Source: Phoronis australis (Eukaryota; Animalia; Phoronida). From it: DNA of 64,000 nucleotides. Where the stretch lies: assembly GCA_002633005.1 (NCBI GenBank), contig NMRA01000087.1, positions 625,393 to 689,392 of the forward strand, read 5' to 3'. How positions within the stretch are numbered: position 1 is the stretch's first letter; every line of letters starts with the position of its first letter. Made by a program: the position numbers and the translations under genes. The notes under the pieces are model-generated. The model did no database searches, was not told the origin of the DNA, and saw only the letters and a program-made list of their open reading frames with translations. Positions 42,801 through 54,300 of this stretch are shown piece after piece.

Positions 42801-45800
42801 CCCATTGTGATGTCAGACTAATAAGTGAAAGTGGGCTTCCCTTATCATATTGGCTGAATGCAAGCACTATGCTCTGCGGAGTGGTGCAAATTGTACATAC
42901 TAATAAGCAACAAGTCTAGCCAGACACAATGTACATTAATTCTCTAATTTTAAATTAGCACATAACATGGCCGACAAGTGAAACTGCAAAAGGGTAATAA
43001 GCCTTTGAAAAATGGAAAATGACAATTTCAAAAATTTATCTGTGCAAATTAGGTGGAGAATTACAGTAACTGGCATAAAATAGGTAGGTGAACATACTTG
43101 AGTCTTCACTAGCTGATGCTTCACTAACTCTGTAATGGCCTCCTTCTCTTCCTTGTCTACGTAGTCTTGCACAGCCATCCCCAGACCATTTTCTGACAGT
43201 AGCCTCATCTGATTGTTCTATGAAAGCATGGCATGAGTTGAAAATATTTTACAACTTATTTTCCTATGGTGGCCAATAGGTATCTCACCTCGCTACCACA
43301 TGACAGGGGAGGGCACGGAATGTTCAATAAGTCAACACTGAAGAAGGACCAAGAAGGACACAAAAGGTATGTCAACCAAGCAAACTAGATTACGTATACA
43401 GATTGGAGCTCAAGAATTTAAACTAGTTCAATATGCAGATGACACTGCTATCATACTTGATGGTTCCGAAAGATCATTAAAAAACTCTCTTGATCTGCTT
43501 GACCAGTTCTCAAAGTATTCAGGTCTAACTCCTAATTTAGAAAAAACAACTTGTGTTTGGATAGGTTCTATGAGGCAAAGTAATTCAAGGGTATGTTCTG
43601 AAAAGGACTTAAAATGGTCTACCTCACAGTTTAGTATGCTCGGGATTGTTTTTTCTACTGACATCCAGGAAATGAGTATTTTAAATTTTGATCGCAAGTT
43701 GGTTGATATTAAAAAAGAAATTATGAGATGGTCAAAAAGAAACTTAAGTACTCTTGGTAAAGTTACAGTGGTCAAATCATTTCTTCTACCAAAACTGATT
43801 CATGTTTTATCTTCTTTGCCAATCCCTAATAATCTGTTTTGTAAAGAACTAGAAAAACTGTTTTTTCACTATATTTGGGGAGGAAAGTGTGACAAAATTA
43901 GGCGCAAAACCATGATTCAACATTATGAAATGGGTGGTTGTAAAATGATAGATGTTTACTCTTTTGTAAAGGCAATTAAGATAACATGGATGCGTAGGAT
44001 CTTAAAAGCCACAAATTCTACTGCATGGTTAAATCTCATCTTAAACACTGATTTGATATCATTGGAGTGTCTAAAATTTGGGAACTATTTCTACAAATAT
44101 GCAGCATCTCGAACTGAGAACCCTTTTTGGAAGGAACTATTTAACTTTCTGTATGATTTTTCTAATATAATAGATCAGGAGGAAATACCATATCAGCCAA
44201 TTTGGTATAATACTAATGTATTGATTGGTGGAAAAACTGTATTTTGGAGAAGATGGTTTGAAAAGGGTGTTTATTATATCTCAGACCTACTAGACGAGCA
44301 TGGATATTTGTTATCTTTTGAAGGTTTTTGCAAAAAGTTCAATTTTAGACCAATATTTTTGAATTTTTATGGGCTCAATGAGGCTGTTTGTCAAAAATGG
44401 AAAATCTCAAAAAGAGACAAGTTTTCCTTCTACGCACCCTCTATCCCAATTTTTGTGAAATTGTTACTTGCAGACAAGAAGGGAACAAAACATATATATA
44501 ACACTTTGGTGCTAAACAAATATGCCCGGCCTAGGTCTGAGATGAAGTGGCAGGCAGAACTTGCAATACCTGACACTACAGAATGGTGGAAATTTGCCTA
44601 CTTTCTGAATTTTACACTTGACGTGAAACTTCGTTGGTTTCAATTTAGACTGTCACATAGGATAATTAGCTGTAACTCTTACCTTGTCAAAATTGGGGTA
44701 ACCAACTCCCCCTTGTGTACGTTTTGTAAGACTGAACCTGAGACTTTGCTTCACTTATACTGGCAATGTGATGTTGTTCAAAATTTTTGGAACAATGTTG
44801 AAGGTTGGGTTAGAAACAAAACTAATATTTCCCTTGGTACAAATGTGCTTACAGTTTTCTTTGGAAACAGATGTAGAAGCCAGCCAATTCAAAATTTAAT
44901 CTTGTGTCTCAGCAAGTTCCATTTATATAAGCAACGTCTCAAGGGTAAACCTCCAAATTTAATTGTATTAACAAAAGAAATTAACAGTTATTACTCCAGT
45001 GAAAAACATATTTATTCAAAAAATTTACAAATGGAAAAATTTACAAACAGGTGGTCACAAATGCATAATTTGATAGCAATGTAAGGATATTTTATCATTC
45101 CAAAATACTCTCCCCCCTCCTTTTTTTTTCAGAGCCATATACTACTATATTGTCTTGTATGTTTTTGTTTTCTTTTGTTAAATCTATTTCAAAATCCGGT
45201 TCACGTATATTTTTAACTTAGTAAACTTTATTTTCATTGAATTGTAAAGTAAGGCAAGGGAATCCCAGACCTTTGTCCTTACTTATGTTGAACTGGGAGA
45301 ATAAAAAAAAAAAAAAAAAGAAGGACACAAAAGGTATGTCAACCAAGCAAACTAGATTACGAAAACATAGCTTTCCATCACTCATTCTAGTTAATTTAAA
45401 GTTTCACAAAAATCGCTACCAGGGTCTTGTTCCAAGAAACTCACTTCTTGACATAAGTGTAAGATTTGTCTTAATTGTCGGACTTTAAGTGAAAACTTAA
45501 GATAACTTTACATTCCAATAATGAAAACTACCTTTAATAGGTGTGACTGACTTAAGTCTTTGTCTTAACTTTAACTCAACTCTCATCTTGTCTTAACTCG
45601 ATCTTAAGTTTGTCAAAATGGAGGCCTTTTATATTCGTCAGCGAACAAATGTAATGCAACACAGAGTTTATTGAGATCGGCTTGAATACGATTCATTTGC
45701 TGAGCGTTATAGAACGAACAGGGCAGCAGTTGACACGCTGTCCACTGATTTGAAAGAAGAAATGGAATCGGAGACAAAGAGAGGAAGCAACAACTAGCAG

Positions 45801-48800
45801 TTGCATTGAGATTTTACGCATCAGGCAGTTTCCAAACTGTTGTTGGTGATGCTCATGGACTAGGCAAATTAGCCGTGTCACCTGATCTCAGATTTTCAGT
45901 AGTAAGTGTATCTCTCACTGCTGGCAAACCAGCCACACAGAGAATTGAAGGTTTGTACCTCTGACAAGTCTAATTGTCACTCCTGAGCTCTCATTCAAAA
46001 CTATACTATGCTAATGTAGATTTTTAGCTAGCAAAGAGGCAAGGGATACAACTGTGACTACCAATGAATAGATGCACTTTCGACTTACATAAAGGGTGCC
46101 ACAGATTGAACCAGAAAAGATTACATTTTTAAACAAAACATAGTATTACCTGTTCGAGTTTGCAACTAGGGTGTTCAATTGAGAAACTACAATAAAACAT
46201 GGACTGCTTAATACAATTGCAGAATCTTTGTTTTTTATCATTCCTGTTGGTTTTGAATTTATATTTGGAATTGAAGCTAGGCAATATCTTTATATAAAGT
46301 TTTGGCCCACTGAGGCCATTAGCAACAGATTGCTAATGTTTCAGTTTTTTTTGTATAGCACATCAAAACTCAGGTTCAGCAGCAGTTTAAGGGTGAAAAT
46401 CTCAAGAATTTGAGTGCGGACGTTAAGTCAGTCAGTAGAATAAATCCACGGATGATGTCTTTCACTAACAAGTCTTACTTCGTCAGTACTTTCAAAGTAC
46501 GTCTTCACCATATCGTGCACGCGAGCCTTGTCTAAGCCACCCATCTGCACATCATTGGGTAGGACAACATCTACAAATAAATTTACAGGATACTCAAGCT
46601 AATACCATGGAATGCTGAATAGTACATTTAGTGTAATATGTACATGGTGTCCAGACATACCACAAGTTACGTTCCAAGCATACATACATAATGCAAAATT
46701 TGCCATCAAAGAGGTTGGACATGAAGATTGACCCTTTCTCTTGGTTCATATATCAATCCAATGACAGATACAGCACGATTTGACTTTTCCTAAACCTTTT
46801 TTAAACCCATGCGATGCACTTCAAATGCAAGTCAAAGATAAGTAAATATCTCATTGAAATCATAGTCACCTTGTAAATTGTTCAAGGACAATTAGGATTT
46901 CACAAAAAATCAACTCATTCGAAGACGTTTTTCAAACATGATTCATAAGCACCAAAAACCATATACTGAATTATGGTGAAAAGACAAAACCCAATTTTTG
47001 AAAATTATGCAATTAGTTACCAAAAACAGAGGTAGCATTAGTGTTCATACCTCCTGGCTTTTTATCCTTGCTCACCACTCGTTTCTTGTGCCAGTCGAGG
47101 ATGTCTTTTGGGTTGGCCACGGAATCAATGAATTTCTGGCCAAACCTGGAATTTAAAGCAGATGGATCTTTGTCACTTACGACTGGTTTTAATAACAGAC
47201 ATTCAGGAATTTAACTTTCAAAGACATCTGTAGAAAACAAACATCATTAGATATTAGTCTAGTCTTTTTATCCAACACCAGTCAGTCCGTTCTGAAAAAA
47301 TTCTCTTCTGAACATCTTTTTATAAACTAATACGATAAACCCAGTATAAAACGGAACAAGTTTTTGAATTTGGAATAAAAACGAAATTACAAGCACTTAC
47401 ACATAAAAAGTCATGACAAGAAATACAAGTAATCACTGGCCTCTTTGAACACACAGATATACCTGGCAGCGTTGAATGTTTCAAAACCCCCACTGGAGTC
47501 AACACGAAGACGTATCAAAGGTAACTTGGGCCTCTTAGGGTGTTCCACAGGCTCCTCAGCTAAATGTGAATGAAGCAACACCATTGTCATTACAAAGCCA
47601 GCGAGGTAAAAGTAAGAAATATTACCCCCAGTGAAAATAATGAGAAATGTACCATTTGGGGAAAAATTCTCATTTGAGCAAAACTCATTAAATTCACGTT
47701 ACCACAATCTTACCTATCAGCTTTAATATTTTTTCATAGATGGATAAGTTTCACAATGAACATAAACAAGCTGACAAGCTAACAACAGTCTCATTTTGAC
47801 AGATACAGCAAGAGGGGACACAGCAAGTTAAGTTTCTGAGTATCAAGTTCACGTTGACAAATCCAAAATCATTCATGCAGCAGTGTTCTAAGAAAAAACA
47901 AAAAAAACTACAACTGTATACCTGCTCTTTTGATATATTCATTGACCTTATCCATCAAATATTTCTCCACTTTTTTCTGAACAATTTCATTGGTGTGGTT
48001 TGGGTCAATTCCAGTCTCTAACAGGCATAGGTCCTCAATGTAAAAAGGTCGCACTGACTTCAGTGGAACTTTAGTCAATTTGAAGTTTTTCTGTTTAATT
48101 CGGAGAATTCCCACGTGCTTCTCTTTTGACTCCCCTTCGATGAGAGACGTAGCCACGGGACTTCCCGGCTGCGTGACATAGAAATTGCGAATGCCGTTCC
48201 ACTCTGGGTCAATTCGGCATTCGTGTTCGTGTCCCCATAGGACGAGGTCAATGAAGTCATCCAAGAAATGTTCAGGGATATAGTTTGTCTTTCCGCGTTG
48301 CGCTCGATTCTGGTGAATGGTAAACAGGTTGAACCAGCTGTCTGAGTTCTCACGCGGACGCAGCATCTTTACCTGCTTGGTGGTGAACAGACGGTGAAGT
48401 CGCTCATCACGTACAGAGCCCAAGCCGTATAAGGCAAGCTTAGTCGTACCCTTCTGAAGCAAAACTGGACTCATCTCGATAGTCTCTAGACTGGCCGTCT
48501 TCCCAAAATAGTTCAGAAGTCCCGCTACGCTTAACAAATCTAGACTACAGAGAGAGTTGGGCCCGGTTGGATCATCATGATTCCCATGAATGGAGAACAC
48601 GGGTATGGCTACATTGAAGTTAGGATCCTCGTAATTAACACAAGGGAACTGACTGAAAGCGAAGTTTACAGATGGATCGCTGAGAAACTCAATCTGACAC
48701 GGCTTGTCGCCCAAACAGTACCGTCTCAACAACTGCATGCACTGATGCAGAATCTTACGCGATGGTTTATTCTCGTGGAACAAGTCACCCCCAAACAGTA

Positions 48801-48951
48801 TAAAGTCAACGTCTTCCTTCTTGGCTATTTCTAAAATCTCCTCAAATGTATTAATGGTGTCCTCTCCTCGTTGTCCATCCTTTTCCATATAACCCAGATG
48901 TATATCTGTGGCTATGAGGATTTTCATGGTGTTATCTTCGTCCTCTGGCAT
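39802..48951 (-). CDS. MRE11: Double-strand break repair nuclease MRE11 (~686 aa, 8 coding exons)
   Basis: Exons (minus): 48951-47922, 47559-47463, 47145-47051, 46570-46479, 43217-43098, 41428-41272, 40492-40216, 39994-39802 (2,061 nt, in frame). Motifs [63 protein letters not shown] and a GAR motif [10 protein letters not shown]. Confidence 0.96.
43351..43394 (+). repeat. 44-bp target-site duplication, left copy
   Basis: aagaaggacacaaaaggtatgtcaaccaagcaaactagattacg, identical to 45318-45361. Confidence 0.9.
43369..45084 (+). CDS. Truncated LINE ORF2: C-terminal reverse transcriptase, thumb and CCHC zinc finger (571 aa; start codon from flanking host DNA)
   Basis: QYADD catalytic motif, [42 protein letters not shown]; no stops. 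Confidence 0.85.
   Translation: MSTKQTRLRIQIGAQEFKLVQYADDTAIILDGSERSLKNSLDLLDQFSKYSGLTPNLEKTTCVWIGSMRQSNSRVCSEKDLKWSTSQFSMLGIVFSTDIQEMSILNFDRKLVDIKKEIMRWSKRNLSTLGKVTVVKSFLLPKLIHVLSSLPIPNNLFCKELEKLFFHYIWGGKCDKIRRKTMIQHYEMGGCKMIDVYSFVKAIKITWMRRILKATNSTAWLNLILNTDLISLECLKFGNYFYKYAASRTENPFWKELFNFLYDFSNIIDQEEIPYQPIWYNTNVLIGGKTVFWRRWFEKGVYYISDLLDEHGYLLSFEGFCKKFNFRPIFLNFYGLNEAVCQKWKISKRDKFSFYAPSIPIFVKLLLADKKGTKHIYNTLVLNKYARPRSEMKWQAELAIPDTTEWWKFAYFLNFTLDVKLRWFQFRLSHRIISCNSYLVKIGVTNSPLCTFCKTEPETLLHLYWQCDVVQNFWNNVEGWVRNKTNISLGTNVLTVFFGNRCRSQPIQNLILCLSKFHLYKQRLKGKPPNLIVLTKEINSYYSSEKHIYSKNLQMEKFTNRWSQMHNLIAM
43395..45317 (+). mobile_element. 5'-truncated non-LTR retrotransposon (L1/Tx1-like) antisense in an MRE11 intron
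   Basis: RT ORF starts mid-domain; 3' UTR, AATAAA at 45300 running into a poly(A) tail; perfect flanking direct repeats. Confidence 0.92.
45318..45361 (+). repeat. 44-bp target-site duplication, right copy
   Basis: Follows the poly(A) tail; identical to 43351-43394. Confidence 0.9.
45421..45627. mobile_element. Degenerate MITE related to 57159-57408
   Basis: Left end agggtcttgttccaagaaactcactt resembles ggggcccgtttcaagaaactgactt; interior rich in cttaag/cttaa; right end aatggaggcc. Confidence 0.45.
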
Positions 48952-48976
48952 CTTGAGTCAGTCTGTAATAAAACAG

Positions 48977-49086
48977 AACAGCCAATAAGCTATCACTTCA
49001 ACTGCTAAACAGCCAATAAGCTATCACTTCAACTGCTGAACAGCCGATACGCTATCACTTCAACTGCTTAACAGCCAATAAGCTAT
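48977..49086. repeat. Tandem repeat, ~3.5 x 31 bp
   Basis: Unit aacagccaataagctatcacttcaactgct(a/g/t), next to the acceptor of the first MRE11 coding exon. Confidence 0.9.
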
Positions 49087-50056
49087 TAGGCAGACTACAC
49101 TACAAGAAGGGAGATGTAGGCAAGACCACAAAACAAGTCTTAATTTCTATTCTTCCATCCATAGCAAATAAAAACTAGACAAAAGCAGTCCCACTGAAAT
49201 CAAAAAATCAAAAACAGTTTCAAATTAAATTTTTCTAACTTCTATCAAAGGGGTAACTAACAAGCGCTAAATTTTGATTTAGGCAACTTATCATTACAAA
49301 ATCAGTCACGTATTATTCCTAGTTCAGAAAAGATTTCCCAGGGTATATGTAGGACCCTAGAACGACGTCCAAATTTGGCTAACTTCATAACATCGTATTT
49401 GAGAAATGGCAGATTGGATTCTGAAATTTTCAGATAATTATGCTTTATGTACAGTCCTCCAGCATGCCGTTACCAATTGTTTTTAAAATATTCCACTTTC
49501 GCATTCAAGCATTATCAAAAACAAAACTTTTTATGAAAAGCTGACACAAATGAAAATGACATTTAAAAATAATCAACGTTTATGACACAAAATCTGGCCA
49601 TTATCATTGTTTAGCAGATTAAATACCACCGTGGACTGGATAGCTGTGGGTAAGTGGAATGGAACACCAATTGGTGGCGCTTGTAGTCGCGTACACGCCT
49701 CCTAAAGACGTCTTGCTCCCGATGTCGACGTTCTGCGGGAGGTGAAAGCGATTCTAAGCTCGAGATGAAATTTGCATCAGTCGACGGGATTTTTTTTTTG
49801 TCAAATAAGGAAGATTTTGCGTGATAGGAGTATGAAGGCTATGAGGCCGATGCCAATGCCCCATGCGATGGCGATGTCGCCGATCGGCGCCAACAAACAA
49901 AGCCTATATTCATATTACACACTACGCACTGCATGGGTACGATTTACAGTATTTGTGCATTACAGTTATGTTAAGGTGAAAATTACGATATAAGTTAGGA
50001 CATATTTATTACCAACCTGGCTTTTTACCACGCCGTCTTAGCAGAAAAATCGAATG

Positions 50057-50138
50057 TGGCGGGATTCTGATTTTGTTCGCTAGAGGGCAGAGTTCTACTT
50101 CCGTTTACAATGCATTCTGGGATAATCTCCATAGAGAT
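50057..50138. promoter_or_regulatory. Putative bidirectional promoter core between MRE11 and CFAP96
   Basis: CpG-richer region with E2F-like tggcggga (50057), CTCF-like tcgctagagggcag (50077), ETS acttccg (50097), ZNF143-like tcccagaatgcattgt (minus, 50107-50122) and X-box-like atctccatagagat (50125). A cag/GTAAGA donor at 50238 fits a non-coding first CFAP96 exon. Confidence 0.5.
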
Positions 50139-50675
50139 TTAACACAACAAAGTGAGTCCCCACAACGTGAGTCTGTCGTATTGCTTGCAATTTACACGGT
50201 GGGTGTTGGTTAATCGTGCTGTCCCTTTATAGTGCAGGTAAGAACGGTTTACTATGCTTTGAAATACTTTCAAATAAAAAATATTCTGGTGTGAATTAAC
50301 ACCCGATGAACTCTTCGTTTCACTTTTTAATTCAACAGAGTTCGGCAACACAAGTCCAAGACAGAACACTGTTATCCTACGCTACCCGTTCGACATGTTG
50401 AATAGTTATTGTCGTCACTACGACTCTGGCGCAGGCATTTTGAGTTATTTATAATAACTTTTCTCGGGCTCCATAGTAAAAGAATAATATCTCTCTTTCA
50501 TCAGTTGAGAACATAATTCGTAATTGTTGGTCTTAAACTTTTGTTATGTGTTACTGCCAACTGGAACCTGCTGGCCATAGTCCTGCAGAGACTGCATCTG
50601 TTATCTGGTTTTTCAAGCGTAACTTCGTTTTTTCAATTTTGGCAGGTCAGTAGAGCTGCTGAAAATGTCATAACG

Positions 50676-51035
50676 AATAAGATGCTGAGATAGAGTGCAT
50701 AAAAAGTTAGCTAATGGGTGATGTTATCTTCACATGTATAATAATGTTGATTGATACAAAATGTATATACATATGATGATGCCGACATCACATTTATATA
50801 CATATTATGATCCTGACATCACATGTATATAAATGTATGTACATGTGATGATGCTGACATCACATGTATATGAACAAGATATGAACAAGATAATGAACAA
50901 GATGCTGAGATAGAGTGCATAAAAATTTAGCTCATGGTTGATGTTATCTTCTTGCGGATGTTGCTTGATACAAAATGTATCTACATGTGATGATGCTGAC
51001 ATCACATGTATATACATATGATGATGTTGACATCA
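50676..51035. repeat. Complex local duplication with ~30-bp subrepeats
   Basis: aagatgctgagatagagtgcataaaaa..ttagct..tgatgttatctt occurs twice ~220 bp apart; tgatgatg(c/t)tgacatcac recurs several times. Confidence 0.75.
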
Positions 51036-51325
51036 CCAAAAGGGTGTATGTCTTGCAACTTTAATGACTCTGTTTCTGAAAATGAATCGTCCTGATTGTG
51101 CATCCTAGTGTCGTGCAATGTTTTGATTTTTTTTCACATTTTTCATTAGTTGAATATCATGGCTGATTCATGCTATGGAGTGTGATGAGTTGAACCCTAT
51201 TTATATTGTTATGTAATAATTCAATATGAGCTAGACTTTTTGACAAGTGGGCACTGATATGTCTGTACACGTATGCCAATTACCGCCTAATGTAATATTT
51301 CAGGTGTTAAGCAAAAGTCAGCACC

Positions 51326-54300
51326 ATGAGTAACAAAACAGATATGGAGCGGGTCGGCCTGTTCCAGGAAATGACATACCACACAATTGGTGACAAATTC
51401 AAGCCTCCTGGAAGCAGTAAGTACAGAGTGAAATGTTAAGACCTAAAATGAAATTGAGTTTGTTTCTTGGCTGACTGTATGTTTCATGCCTGATTCAAAA
51501 CATTTTATCTTCAAAGTGATTACTTTTTATACAAACAAAATATTTTATGTCCGATATTGGATACTGAGTGAATAAATAAGTTATTTTTATTAACAACTTT
51601 CACGTCACAGAGAAGAGATAGTAGGAAGAGGGGAACAAAAAACATGCGTGTTCTGCGGAGATGAAGTCACCATGTCCTTGTCTTAGTCAACTTTTGTGAA
51701 TATAGCACTATTGATTTTATCTACTGAAATAAATTTTATTTTAGGATTAAGATGTTGCCTTTATAGTTCACACTGCACGAATCCAGTGCTAATTGAATTA
51801 ATGAAGGGATTTGATTATTAATTGCACCTTTTTTCAGTTGCCTTCAATGTTGCCGCTGGTAAAGGAAAACAAATGCTGAGTGGTGCGTCAAAAGAAAGAA
51901 GTGCCAAGCAGGATGGATATTTTGATCAAAAATTCAACAGAATACTGGAGGGAGAGGCTTACTCAGATCCAATCAAAACAAGGCGACAGAATAGGATAAA
52001 AGAAAATCAGAAGAATCTTGGCAAACCATTTCTTCCAAGCAATGGGGATAAGAGACCGTGAGTAGTTTACAATGAGTGTCATTTTTGTTCAAAGCTGCAT
52101 GTCGCCCCGTTTAGCTGGCTAAAATCAACAATCAGAATGGTCTCACAATATTCCTCACCGTGACAGGAGGTTATCTCTGTTACTAGTAACAACATCGAAA
52201 CCATCAGCAGTTCAAAAAACTGTTTCAGACTTTATTGGCGTTGGTCAATACTAAAACTGTGGATTCAAAAATGTCGCGCGTATTCTTTGGCTTGACTCAG
52301 GAGTTGTCATCTCATGAAGCAATAATTCAAGATCCAGTAAAGAGGGTAAAGTTTTTTAATCCCAAAGCAGTTTAACATTGACAGCTATAAATAGCTGTGA
52401 AATGCAGCTTAGATCTCATTAATTTTGAAATATTGAACACTGTTGTTTATGGTTGTTATAAGAATTTTGCATTCATTTCTAGAGTGGTGATCATTTCTTT
52501 TCAAAAATAGAAATCAACATGAAAATTTTGTTTCTCTCTGAATTATCATTTGCATGCATTTTAAATGCTTACACATTTCTGAGCAGGACTTGACAAGCTG
52601 TGTACTGCATGGTAATTGGTATGCATTGCACTGTTTTGTTTGTTTTTGTTGGCATCGTTTCTGTTCAGTTGTTTTTAAACAAAACAATATAAAGCTAACA
52701 GAACTGTATCATCTACTCTGTTTTTTTGTTTTTTTTTGTAGTTGATAAATTTTCATGATGTGGGAAGTCTCTTTGGTGCTCGTAGCCCATTTCAATAGTT
52801 CAAATGTATTGTATCTATGTTCTCAATGGTATGGACAACTAAAACAACAGCAACAGAATACCAAGAAAGTCACATACACGTCTTTATGTAAATCTTATTA
52901 AGCTCCTGGAAGGTCAACCCAGTTTTGACCACTGAGGTATAGTTTTCTTTAGTAACACATCTTGATCTGCCGTGCAGCGTTTTGGCAAACAAACTCTGTG
53001 GCAAAATATTCCTCTTTACGTGGCGCATTTTTTTCGCTTGAAAGGTGACCAAATTTGGTAGCATATCACCATTTATCACTGCATAACAGTGCAACCTAGA
53101 CTGAAATAAAGCAAACCTAATTCACTTGTACTAAATTCTCTTGCAAGTGTATTAACACCTCTTTCGTCTTCCATTTAGGTCTGGTTTAGGAAATCACTAC
53201 GGCACCCTTAGTGGACCAATACCCTACTTTAGCGCTCAGGGTAAGCTTGGAAAAGCTTACTCCTCACCAAGAAAGAACTTTTATACAAACCCTGCTAAAA
53301 GAGGAACAGGATATGGGTATGTGCTCTTTTTCACTGACACCTTTGGTTCATTCAATTGTGTTTTTTAATGTTTATTGCAAAAGTGGCATGTTCAAAATTG
53401 TAACATTGCTGGAAAAATTCCCAGTTGTAAAAGGACCATGAAATGCTCACATTTTTAATTGTGAACTCAAACAATATCACTTCATATAGAAGCTATCTTA
53501 TGTTGGAATAAATCAGTTACCATGTACCAATCTCATAACAAACCTCTCTTCATTATTTTGTTGCAGAAAAGACAACATGTAATTTCAAATATTGTTTCCT
53601 AAACACTGAAAACCTCTGATTTGCAATTTTTTAATTCTGTTAATGAACTGACAAACAATGAAAAGACAGAATTCAAATCAAAATAATAAACTGGTTCTGG
53701 GTAGTCTTTTGTTTTGAATACATTAAATAATCTCATTCAGGGTGGACTACAACAGCACGTGTCTCAAAAAGTGCTTTGTACAAACAATAACAACCCTTAT
53801 TCTTGTTAAATATTGTACACTGTTAACTGCTGCTACTTTTTCAGCTATACAGGTTTAACATTAGGTCCATACATAATGGCAGAGACCGATATTTTTGATC
53901 GGGACAAGGCCCGTCAAAAGGTATATGTAGAATTTCTGTTGGAATTTGTCCATGCATGCATGCATGTCAAGAGATAGATCTCCATTCTGCTGCTCTGTAG
54001 GATAGATCTGTGTCTATCTATGGAGATTTCCCATAGCCGTTTCTTTTGCGATAATAATCCACCATGTTTGGATATCATGGAATGTGTGTTTCGCTGGTAG
54101 TCAGTAGGCCAAACACTTGGTAAAAAATTATGATCAATTTGGAAATTGTGTTATTAAAAGAAACGGCATGGTCCATCTGTTTGTAGAATGCTAGAGTATT
54201 AGTGGTGTACGTTCACTGTTCATGCAATCAGACCTCTGTTTTTACAGCTATCTTAATGTTACTATCGGCTCATATTACAAAAATATGACCGAAACTTATG

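Noticed and set aside
43338-43373. Hammerhead-like target at the LINE insertion site (ctgaagaaggaccaagaaggac...)
   Set aside because: No GAAA and no convincing stems; more simply a 9-10 bp local duplication.
43395-45084. Domesticated RT, retron, group II intron or other novel RT system
   Set aside because: Poly(A) tail, TSD, 5' truncation and CCHC finger are all explained by ordinary non-LTR retrotransposition.
45237-45488. 83-aa ORF containing MSTKQTRLR as a paralogue of the RT ORF
   Set aside because: It only reads through the poly(A) tail and the right TSD copy.
53567-53578. 12-nt microexon in CFAP96 (ttgcag|aaaagacaacat|gtaatt)
   Set aside because: Frame-compatible but too short to tell from chance, and it would split the conserved GYG-Y motif.
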